From NCBI GenBank assembly GCA_964588665.1, contig CAZPQQ010000010.1:1054-65053 (forward strand): a stretch of DNA of 64,000 bases. The letters run 5' to 3'. This stretch comes from an uncultured Dehalococcoidia bacterium (lineage in GTDB: Bacteria > Chloroflexota > Dehalococcoidia > Lucifugimonadales > UBA1123). A program made the translations under genes and the position numbers. This document shows positions 56,517 through 64,000 of the stretch, one piece after another; positions within the stretch are counted from its first letter, which is position 1; each line of letters starts with the position of its first letter. Under the pieces are notes generated by a model, which ran no database searches, had not been told where the DNA came from, and was given only the letters and a program-made list of their open reading frames with translations.

Positions 56517-56791
56517 GTCCCACCCGCCCGCCCCGGAAGGAATCTGAGGGACACCCCCAATCCCCCGGACAAGGGGCTTCACCCCCTTGTCAATCCCTCT
56601 TCACTCGCGTCAACAAGCAGGCAGCCGTTGATGAGGGCGGTGTTAATGGGGATGCTAACGCCACGATGAGTTCCCGACCAATCGCACCCGATCAACAATC
56701 CTCAGAGGGTGTCCAGAGGGACTCTCCCTCTGGCAAGGGTCCTAGGGGATGTGCCCCTAGAATTAGACCCTTCGGGGTGGGCGGGCGGGAC
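56517..56791. other. GC-hairpin-rich structured element closed by a 19-bp imperfect inverted repeat (candidate ncRNA or MITE)
   Basis: GTCCCACCCGCCCGCCCCG (56517-56535) pairs with CGGGGTGGGCGGGCGGGAC (56773-56791). Internal perfect hairpins are at 56568-56591, 56713-56733 and 56742-56760. Confidence 0.5.
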
Positions 56792-56996
56792 AATAAGTGT
56801 TCGCTAACTCGCCGGCATAAAACAGGAATCAGGTTGATGTAATGCTTACCACGTGAAACTCTAAGTCTTGACTGGCGAATGCTGGCCCGACCGCGATCTG
56901 AACGCGAAAGCGTGCGACATATCATCTGACCGCAGCATTGCCCGAAAACCTTCCAATCGCAGATGCTCCGTGTCATGAATCGAGAGGACAACACCG

Positions 56997-58226
56997 TTGG
57001 AAACCGCTGAGGCAGCGCCACTGACCAAACCAGACATCAGGAACCGCGCCTGGTTCATGATCGCCGGCCTTGCGACCGGCCATGCCGTGTTCCACTGGCT
57101 CATCCAGAGCTCGGTGGTCGTGCTACCAGAGATACAGAGCACGTTCCAGCTCAGCAGCATCGGTGTGGGCGTCGTGCTGACCGTGCGGGAGGTCGTGTCG
57201 GGGATCGTCGTCTTGCCGGGCGGCATCGTCGTCGACCTGGTTCGGCGCCATTGGGGCGTGTTCTTGGCAGCGTGCATCGGCGGATTCAGCCTCGGCACCC
57301 TGCTGATGGGTCTGTCCCCGGTCTTCCTGTTGTTGCTAGCCGGGATGGCGCTGGTCGCGGTCAGCCACTCGTTGTGGCATCTTCCGGCATCGGCTTCGCT
57401 GTCGGCGCACTTCCCTGAGAATCGCGGAACGGCCCTGTCGTTCCATGGCGTTGGCGGCAGTGTCGGCGACGTGCTCGGACCCATCGTCACTGGAGCGCTG
57501 TTGGCGTTCATGAGCTGGCGGGGAATCCTCAGCATCTACGGCGCCGTGCCCCTGTTCCTCGCATTCCTGGCCCTCTGGTCGTTCAAGAACATCGGCGGGA
57601 CTGCCGCCACTCCGGACCTCCGCGACCGCATCGCCGTCACCAAGCGATTGCTGAGGAACCGTTCGCTGTGGGCAATCACGCTGGTGAAAGGGCTGCGGGG
57701 AATGGCCCTCGTGGCGCTCGTGACTATCCTGCCGTTGTATTTCGCCAACGACCTGGGCCTCAGCTCTCAGTCCAGAGGCATCCACATCGGTCTCTTGATA
57801 GCAATAGGGATCGTTGCCAAACCCGTCGCAGGACAGCTCTCAGATCGCTTAGGCCGCAAGCGAGTGTTGGTGCCGGGCCTCATCTGGTCATGCGGAGTCA
57901 CGTTGTCATTGCTGGTCGCCGACCAGGGGTTTGCGCTAACGGTGGCGATCGTTCTCCTCGGCCTGTTCCTGTATCCGGACCAGCCCATAACCACGGCTGC
58001 GACCCTCGAGATGGTCGACCGAAGCGTCGCGTCGACGGCATTGGGCGTGACATCCTCCGCCGGCTTCTTCCTCAGCTCATTCTCTCCGATAATAGCGGGC
58101 GCGCTGTACGAGTCGGTTGGATTCGACGCGGTCCTCTACTACGTGGCGACGCTCTTCGCTTTAGCCGCGATCATCTTCGCGATCTTGCCGCTGGCGTCAC
58201 GGGAGAAGCAGGACGACGGGCGCTGA
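56997..58226 (+). CDS. MFS transporter
   Basis: 409 aa with about 12 TM segments. TTG start with GAGAGGA 8 nt upstream. Confidence 0.8.
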   Translation: METAEAAPLTKPDIRNRAWFMIAGLATGHAVFHWLIQSSVVVLPEIQSTFQLSSIGVGVVLTVREVVSGIVVLPGGIVVDLVRRHWGVFLAACIGGFSLGTLLMGLSPVFLLLLAGMALVAVSHSLWHLPASASLSAHFPENRGTALSFHGVGGSVGDVLGPIVTGALLAFMSWRGILSIYGAVPLFLAFLALWSFKNIGGTAATPDLRDRIAVTKRLLRNRSLWAITLVKGLRGMALVALVTILPLYFANDLGLSSQSRGIHIGLLIAIGIVAKPVAGQLSDRLGRKRVLVPGLIWSCGVTLSLLVADQGFALTVAIVLLGLFLYPDQPITTAATLEMVDRSVASTALGVTSSAGFFLSSFSPIIAGALYESVGFDAVLYYVATLFALAAIIFAILPLASREKQDDGR

Positions 58227-58303
58227 ACGGCGCGCGTGGTCTCGCTAATGCAGCGTAGGTGATGATTGGCACTGGGTGAGCGCTGGGCGTAAGACGTACT
58301 GCC

Positions 58304-59338
58304 CTAGAACAGCGTCGGCTGGTCCGATGACATGCTCGATGGGAGATCGTAGCCAAGGTGCTCGTAGGCGTGGCGGGTGGCGACTCGGCCGCGGGGGGTG
58401 CGGTTCAGGAAGCCGAGTTGCAACAGGTACGGCTCGTACACGTCCTCGATGGTGTCCGACTCCTCGCTGATGGACGCGGCCAGCGTGTCGATGCCAACGG
58501 GACCGCCGTCGAACTTCTCGATGATCGAACGCAGCACCAGGTGGTCGATGCCTTCTAAACCGAGTTGATCGACCTCGAGCCTCCCGAGGGCCTCGCTGGC
58601 GACCTCCGCAGTAATCACGTTGTCGGCCATTACCTGTGCGAAGTCTCGGACCCGTCGGAGCAATCGGTTGGCGACCCTGGGCGTGCCCCGAGCTCGCCGA
58701 GCGATCTCGTCAACGCCGTCAGGCTCAGCCTCGATGTCGAGAATTCGCGACGAGCGGGCCACGATGGTCTGCATCGACTCGTAGTCGTAGAAGTCCAGCC
58801 GGTGGACGGAGCCGAACCGGTCCCGGAGCGGGGCGCTGACCATGCCGTAGCGAGTAGTGGCGCCGACCAGCGTGAACGGCTTCACCGTGAGGTTCATGCT
58901 GCGGGCTTTGAGGCCCTTGTCGATCACCCACGAGACGAAGTAGTCTTCCATCGCGGGATACAAGATTTCTTCGACGACGCGGCTGAGGCGGTGGATCTCG
59001 TCGACGAACAGAACGTCGTCTTCGCGAAGCTGCGTCAGGATCGCCACCATGTCGCCGGGACGTTCGATGGCCGGGCCGGAAGTCGCTTTGATGCGCACGC
59101 CCATCTCGGTGGCGATGATGTTGGCGAGCGTGGTTTTGCCGAGGCCGGGAGGACCGTACAGCAACAGGTGGTCGAGCGGCTCGGACCTTTGCTGCGCCGC
59201 CTTAATGCCAATTTGAAGGTTCTCTTTGAGTTTGGCCTGCCCGACGTAATCCGCCAGCTTCTTGGGCCGGAGGTTGTTGTCGAGATTATGGTCGTCTTCC
59301 TGGGGAGTCCCGGAGACGACGCGTTGGACTTGGGTCAT
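58304..59338 (-). CDS. ruvB: Holliday junction branch migration ATPase RuvB
   Basis: [12 protein letters not shown], Walker [12 protein letters not shown] and Walker [11 protein letters not shown]. Start placed at ATG 59338 (MTQVQ...). Confidence 0.93.
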   Translation of the reverse strand: MTQVQRVVSGTPQEDDHNLDNNLRPKKLADYVGQAKLKENLQIGIKAAQQRSEPLDHLLLYGPPGLGKTTLANIIATEMGVRIKATSGPAIERPGDMVAILTQLREDDVLFVDEIHRLSRVVEEILYPAMEDYFVSWVIDKGLKARSMNLTVKPFTLVGATTRYGMVSAPLRDRFGSVHRLDFYDYESMQTIVARSSRILDIEAEPDGVDEIARRARGTPRVANRLLRRVRDFAQVMADNVITAEVASEALGRLEVDQLGLEGIDHLVLRSIIEKFDGGPVGIDTLAASISEESDTIEDVYEPYLLQLGFLNRTPRGRVATRHAYEHLGYDLPSSMSSDQPTLF

Positions 59339-59534
59339 GCTCGAGCTGCCTCGTTCGAGAGTTGCCAGCACTATACACAAGAGGCCGAATTCGCGCTAGC
59401 AAGGACATGGCCGATTGCCGATTAGAACTATTGTTCATTCTATTGCCCGCAGCCTGGGGTGTCAAGCAACGTCAGGCGTCCCGCATCGAGTATAATCGAG
59501 GTTCGAATCAATCATCTTTTGCCAGGAGACAGCC

Positions 59535-60110
59535 ATGTTCAGCAGAAAGATCGGCGATGACGCCGAGTTGCGCATGCTCCAGCCCCATCACGCCGAAGAG
59601 CTGTACGCTCTGGTCGACGCCAATAGAGAGCACCTCAGGCGTTGGCTGCCATGGGTCGATTCCGTTGCGTCCGTGGACATGGAGCGAGATTTCATCCAGG
59701 CGAGTCTGGGTGGGTTCGCGCGAGACGGGAGCTTCGTCGCCGGGCTCTGGCGACAAGGCCACATAGCCGGGGCCATCGGGTTGGACCCCATCAATTGGTC
59801 CAACCGAATCACGAGCATCGGCTACTTCCTGGGCGAGATATCCCAAGGCAAAGGGCTGATCACACGCGCATGTGTGGCGATGGTCGACTACTCGCTGGTG
59901 GAGTTGAAACTGAACCGCGTCGAGATTCACGTCGCCACCGAGAACCACCGCAGTCTGGCGGTTCCGAAGAAACTGGGGTTCAAGCAAGAAGGAATCTTGC
60001 GACAAGTAGAGTGGCTGTACGACCATTACGTTGACCACGTCGTCTTCGGCATGCTGGCGGAAGAGTGGCACGAGCTCGCAGGGAAAACAGACGGCGGAGG
60101 CGCCAAATGA
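59535..60110 (+). CDS. GNAT-family N-acetyltransferase (RimJ/RimL-like)
   Basis: 191 aa. The ..L.ML...HAEELYALV..NREHLRRWLPW.. pattern is typical of RimL-type acetyltransferases. Confidence 0.8.
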   Translation: MFSRKIGDDAELRMLQPHHAEELYALVDANREHLRRWLPWVDSVASVDMERDFIQASLGGFARDGSFVAGLWRQGHIAGAIGLDPINWSNRITSIGYFLGEISQGKGLITRACVAMVDYSLVELKLNRVEIHVATENHRSLAVPKKLGFKQEGILRQVEWLYDHYVDHVVFGMLAEEWHELAGKTDGGGAK

Positions 60111-60940
60111 CCGATGATCCGGCAATCAACGAATTTCAGCATCTGAATGAAGAGGTTCGCGATATCTGGGACGCCAACGCCGACTTCTGGGATCGGCGAA
60201 TGGGAGAGGGCAACGACTTTCATCGAGACCTCATCATGCCCAATCAGCTAGCGTTGCTGGATATCCAACCCGGCGATATCGTGCTGGACGTCGGTTGCGG
60301 CAACGGCCAGTTCACCCGACAGATGGCAGATCACGGCGCGTGTGTCGTTGGCGTCGATATCGCGCCGCGCATGATCGAGAATGCTGTCGCCCGAAGCAAA
60401 GACTACGGCGACCGCGTCCGTTTCGCGGTTGTCGACGCCACCGACGAGAATTCGCTGCAGGAGCTCGGCGAATCATCGTACGACGCGATCTGCTGCACCA
60501 TGGCGATCATGGACATGGCCAGCATCGAGCCCCTGAGCGCTGCTGTGCACCGGCTGCTGAAGCCCGCCGGCCGCTTCGTCTTCTCCGTCATGCACCCGGC
60601 ATTCAACTCGCCCAAAGGCCTGGTGAAGACGGTTGACCGAGTCGAGACCGAGGACGGCCAGATAATCGACACCTATTCCGTGAAGGTTTCAAACTACATT
60701 GAGCCGATTGCATACAAGGGACTCGCGATGCTGGGTCAACCTGAACCCCAACACTATTTCCACCGACCGATCAGCGGGTTGCTCAACGTCTTCTTCCGCG
60801 ACGGCTTCACGTTGGATGGGATTGAGGAGCCGGTATTCGGCAGCGACACTGCTCCGAACAGCCCACTGGACTGGGACAATTTCAATCAAATACCGCCGGT
60901 TTTGGTGGTCAGGCTGCGCCCTCGTGAGCGACAGTCATGA
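60107..60940 (+). CDS. class I SAM-dependent methyltransferase
   Basis: Motif I VLDVGCGNGQF. Its ATG overlaps the upstream TGA (ATGA). Confidence 0.82.
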   Translation: MTDDPAINEFQHLNEEVRDIWDANADFWDRRMGEGNDFHRDLIMPNQLALLDIQPGDIVLDVGCGNGQFTRQMADHGACVVGVDIAPRMIENAVARSKDYGDRVRFAVVDATDENSLQELGESSYDAICCTMAIMDMASIEPLSAAVHRLLKPAGRFVFSVMHPAFNSPKGLVKTVDRVETEDGQIIDTYSVKVSNYIEPIAYKGLAMLGQPEPQHYFHRPISGLLNVFFRDGFTLDGIEEPVFGSDTAPNSPLDWDNFNQIPPVLVVRLRPRERQS

Positions 60941-60953
60941 CAACCGGAGCAAA

Positions 60954-60982
60954 TTGACACCCCGGCGGCTAAAACATACACT
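60954..60982 (+). promoter_or_regulatory. sigma-70-type promoter candidate
   Basis: TTGACA-N17-TACACT, ending 48 nt upstream of the GTG at 61030. Confidence 0.55.
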
Positions 60983-61029
60983 CGAATCTGCCTCAGGAAA
61001 ACCGAACAACCCAGGTCAGGAGAGCCTCC

Positions 61030-62685
61030 GTGCCAAGCACAAACAAGTCAGAATGGGAAGAGAATACGCTCGGACCGGTGAAGAACCGGTTCGGCGAACG
61101 GCGTGAGCGCTTCGAAACCGCGTCCGGCCTCGATATCGACACGACTTACTCGCCGGAGGATCGACCCGACGCGGCCAATGGCGACGACCGCGAGTACCCC
61201 GGTGAATTCCCGTACACTCGCGGCATCCAGCCCAACATGTACCGCGGCAGGTATTGGACGATGCGCCAGTACGCCGGTCTTGCATCGCCCGAGGAGTCGA
61301 ACCGTCGGTATCGCTACCTGCTCAGCCAAGGGCAGGAGGGCCTGAGCATCGCCTTCGACCTTCCGACGCAAACCGGGTACGACTCCGATCATCCGCTGGC
61401 CCGCGGCGAGGTCGGTCGCACCGGAGTCCCTATCAGCAGCCTGGCCGACTTGGAAGTGCTGTTCGAAGGCATCCCGTTGGACCAGGTCAGCACGTCGATG
61501 ACCATTAACTCCACCGCCTCCATCCTTCTTGCGATGTACGTGGCCCTGGCGCGGAAGCAGGGAGTGTCGCTCGACAAACTGAACGGCACCGTCCAGAACG
61601 ACATTCTCAAGGAGTACATCGCCCGAGGTACGTACATCTACCCTCCCCAGCCCTCGATGCGACTGGTCACCGACACGTTCTCGTTCTGCGCGGAGGAGGT
61701 CCCGCGGTGGAACACGATCAGCATCAGCGGCTATCACATGGCCGAGGCCGGGGCGACAGCCGTCCAGGAGCTCGCTTTCACCTTCGCCAACGCCATCGCG
61801 TACGTGCAGGCGGCGCTCGACACCGGCATGGACATCGACTCTTTCGGCGGCAGGTTGTCGTTCTTCTTCGTCGCCCAGAGCAACCTATTCGAGGAAGTCG
61901 CCAAGTTTCGCGCGGCTCGCAGGATGTGGGCCAAGATCATGCGCGACCGCTTCGGGGCGAAGAACCCTCGCTCGTGGATGTGCCGGTTCCACACCCAGAC
62001 GGCAGGCGTGACGTTGACGGCTCAGCAGTCGGAGAACAACGTCGTCCGGACGACGCTTCAGGCGCTGTCTGCGGTCCTCGGCGGCACCCAGTCGTTGCAC
62101 GTCAACTCGCGTGACGAAGCGCTCGCCCTCCCCACCGAGGAGTCGGTCCAGCTTTCGCTGCGAACGCAGCAGGTTCTCGCTCACGAATCGGGTGTCAGCG
62201 ACACCGTGGACCCGCTGGCCGGCTCGTACTACGTAGAGTCGCTCACCGACCGGCTCGAACAGACCGCCTTCGAATACATCAAACGCATCGACGACATGGG
62301 CGGCGCGATGGCCGCGCTGGACAACGGCTTCCAGATCAACGAGATCCACGAAAGCGCGTTCAAGTACCAGCGCTCTGTCGAGTCCGAGGAGCGTGTAGTC
62401 GTCGGCGTCAACCGCTTCCAGACGGAAACGCCCCCCATCGAGCAGCTCCAGACCATCGACCGATCTCAGACGGAGCGCCAACTCGCCCGTCTGGCCAATG
62501 TCAGGCAAGACCGCGACGATGCCCGAGTCGCGTCAACCCTCGAACGGCTGGCGCAGGTCACCGCCGGGACCGAAAACACCGTTCCGGCCATCATCGACTG
62601 CGTCGAGGCGTACGCCACTCTCGGTGAGATCACGGACGTGTTCCGAGACGCGTTCGGCACGCAGCAGGAACAGTCGCCATTCTAG
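61030..62685 (+). CDS. acyl-CoA (methylmalonyl-CoA-type) mutase, catalytic large domain only
   Basis: 551 aa with [24 protein letters not shown] and ..[18 protein letters not shown]... It ends before any B12-binding (DxHxxG) domain. Confidence 0.9.
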   Translation: MPSTNKSEWEENTLGPVKNRFGERRERFETASGLDIDTTYSPEDRPDAANGDDREYPGEFPYTRGIQPNMYRGRYWTMRQYAGLASPEESNRRYRYLLSQGQEGLSIAFDLPTQTGYDSDHPLARGEVGRTGVPISSLADLEVLFEGIPLDQVSTSMTINSTASILLAMYVALARKQGVSLDKLNGTVQNDILKEYIARGTYIYPPQPSMRLVTDTFSFCAEEVPRWNTISISGYHMAEAGATAVQELAFTFANAIAYVQAALDTGMDIDSFGGRLSFFFVAQSNLFEEVAKFRAARRMWAKIMRDRFGAKNPRSWMCRFHTQTAGVTLTAQQSENNVVRTTLQALSAVLGGTQSLHVNSRDEALALPTEESVQLSLRTQQVLAHESGVSDTVDPLAGSYYVESLTDRLEQTAFEYIKRIDDMGGAMAALDNGFQINEIHESAFKYQRSVESEERVVVGVNRFQTETPPIEQLQTIDRSQTERQLARLANVRQDRDDARVASTLERLAQVTAGTENTVPAIIDCVEAYATLGEITDVFRDAFGTQQEQSPF

Positions 62686-62878
62686 GCTGATCCGCAATTT
62701 CGTTTCAGGTGTGGTGTTGAGGTGTGTAGGTGCGAAAATGTGGTTCGACGAGTTTCCAGTAATGGCTCGAGTTTCGAGCGATGTGAGGCGATACGGTTGT
62801 TGTTCTTCGAATCCGTCATTTTGCCGACCTCGACCAACCGGGGCCGCCCGCGAATGGACTGCATCGCAAGACCTAGCC

Positions 62879-63013
62879 GTAGGGGAGGGTTTCAAACCCT
62901 ACCGTGACCTCGCGTGGATAAACAGCGCGACAGTGGTAAAATACACGTTGTACTCGCTTGACATTCGGTTCTGTCCTCGAAACCAGGCAGGAGGGTTTCA
63001 GACCCTCCCCCAC
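62879..63013. repeat. REP doublet (REPIN-like), copy 4, degenerate
   Basis: Left unit 62879-62905 has 2 mismatches and right unit 62987-63013 has 4. The interior and flank are homologous to copy 1 in the opposite orientation. Confidence 0.8.
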
Positions 63014-63090
63014 GGACTGCCGCGTGGCCGCGTTGGTTTTAGGCACGCGCTAATGCTGACGGAAGCAGAGTCCACCAAGGTTTGCCTCTC

Positions 63091-64000
63091 ATGAATCACC
63101 AGGACGCATCGGACGCGACGCTCTCGCCATATCGGGTCTTGGACCTGACGGAGGGCGGGTTCAATTGGTGCGGCAGAGTCCTCGCCGATTTAGGCGCGGA
63201 TGTTATCAAGGTCGAGCCTCCCGAGGGCAGTCCTACCCGACGAATTGGCCCGTTCTATCAGGACCAGGTCGATCGCGAACACAGCCTGTTCTGGTACTCC
63301 TACTGCCTAAACAAACGAAGCGTGACCATCGACCTTGAAAGCGCAGAGGGCCAGAGACGCTTCCGGGAACTGGTCGCCGGTTCGGATATCGTTCTGGAGT
63401 CGTTTGAGCCAGGCTACTTAGACGATCTCGGCCTGGGATACGACGGCCTGAGCAAGATCAACCCCGCCATAGTGGTGACATCCATCACGCCATTCGGACA
63501 AACCGGGCCGTATGCCCACTACAAGGCAACCGACATCGTAGGGTGGTCGATGGGCGGGATGCAGTGGATGGCGGGTGACGAGGACCGGCCTCCGGTGAGG
63601 ATCAGTGTCCCTCAGGCCGAACTGCACTCCGGAGCGCAGGGAGCGGCGGGAGCGATGGCAGCTCTCTGGCACAGCCAGACCACCGGCGAGGGACAGCATG
63701 TGGATGTGTCCATGCAGACTGCCGTCATCTGGACTCTGATGAATGCCACTCCCTTTCCGCCTCTGCACAAGGTCAACGTGAATAGAGGGGGGCCGTATCT
63801 CAATCTGGGCTCCGTCGGGATCAGAACGGTTTACCCTTGCAAAAATGGCCACATCAACTCCCTGCTGATCGGCGGCGTCCTGGGCGGCGCATCTCTGACA
63901 GCGCTGGTGCGCTGGATGGCTGAAGAAGATATGGCCCCGGCGTTCATGCAGCAGCGTGATTGGATGTCCTGGGACGTAAGGGCCCTGGCGGCCCAGGGCG
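63091..64000 (+). CDS. CaiB/BaiF family III CoA-transferase, N-terminal part (3' end lies outside the window)
   Basis: YRVLDLTEGGFNWCGRVLADLGADVIKVEPP.G and ..D.V.ES...G....LG..Y..L...NP are typical of family III CoA-transferases. The frame is open to the window end, and this ORF is not in the ORF track. Confidence 0.85.
   Translation, partial: MNHQDASDATLSPYRVLDLTEGGFNWCGRVLADLGADVIKVEPPEGSPTRRIGPFYQDQVDREHSLFWYSYCLNKRSVTIDLESAEGQRRFRELVAGSDIVLESFEPGYLDDLGLGYDGLSKINPAIVVTSITPFGQTGPYAHYKATDIVGWSMGGMQWMAGDEDRPPVRISVPQAELHSGAQGAAGAMAALWHSQTTGEGQHVDVSMQTAVIWTLMNATPFPPLHKVNVNRGGPYLNLGSVGIRTVYPCKNGHINSLLIGGVLGGASLTALVRWMAEEDMAPAFMQQRDWMSWDVRALAAQG

Noticed and set aside
59500-59509. A tRNA T-loop-like GGTTCGAATC in the ruvB/GNAT intergenic region.
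   Set aside because: The flanking bases cannot form a T-stem or acceptor stem, and no D-arm or anticodon arm can be drawn. I found no tRNA or rRNA anywhere in the window.

Overview
GC-rich, densely coding bacterial chromosomal segment with about 58 protein genes. I recognised no rRNA, tRNA, CRISPR array, transposase, integrase or phage genes. Housekeeping genes (argS, a dgt-dnaG-rpoD operon, queA, ruvB, alkA-like, htrA-like) are interleaved with many paralogous catabolic enzymes: 4 SDRs, 2 enolase-superfamily dehydratases plus 1 IlvD/Edd dehydratase, an aldo-keto reductase (AKR), a luciferase-like (LLM) oxidoreductase, 3 cupins, an amidase, a PfkB kinase, a lactonase, a TPP enzyme, an acyl-CoA mutase and a CaiB-type CoA-transferase. 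This profile resembles SAR202-type Chloroflexota, but that is inference only. Apart from two sigma factors, no classical HTH regulator is visible. The main signalling gene is a large Ser/Thr-kinase/STAND/TPR protein. Points worth a second look: (1) a GTAG-headed palindromic REP family arranged as inverted doublets (REPIN-like) at four intergenic loci, plus three other small repeat types: 9-bp periodic arrays, a 7-bp x12 array, and a nested inverted-repeat (IR) element; (2) an ECF-sigma / DUF5667 / HlyD-like adaptor / MacB-type ABC / Gly-rich protein operon, whose adaptor is about twice normal length, built from 5+5 roughly 33-aa repeats around a Cys-containing insert at the hairpin tip; (3) an internally deleted, frameshifted helicase-PLD nuclease relic in an AT-richer patch, ending in a classical-spacing C2H2 finger; (4) a frameshifted four-helix-bundle (23S IVS/Avd-like) cassette next to the heptamer array; (5) a single-base frameshift splitting the kinase/STAND gene, which is translationally coupled to a GNAT; (6) an amidase with a GatC/AtzG-like micro-subunit; (7) a roughly 275-bp GC-hairpin-rich element closed by a 19-bp inverted repeat. 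All function calls come from motif recognition by eye. No database searches were run.
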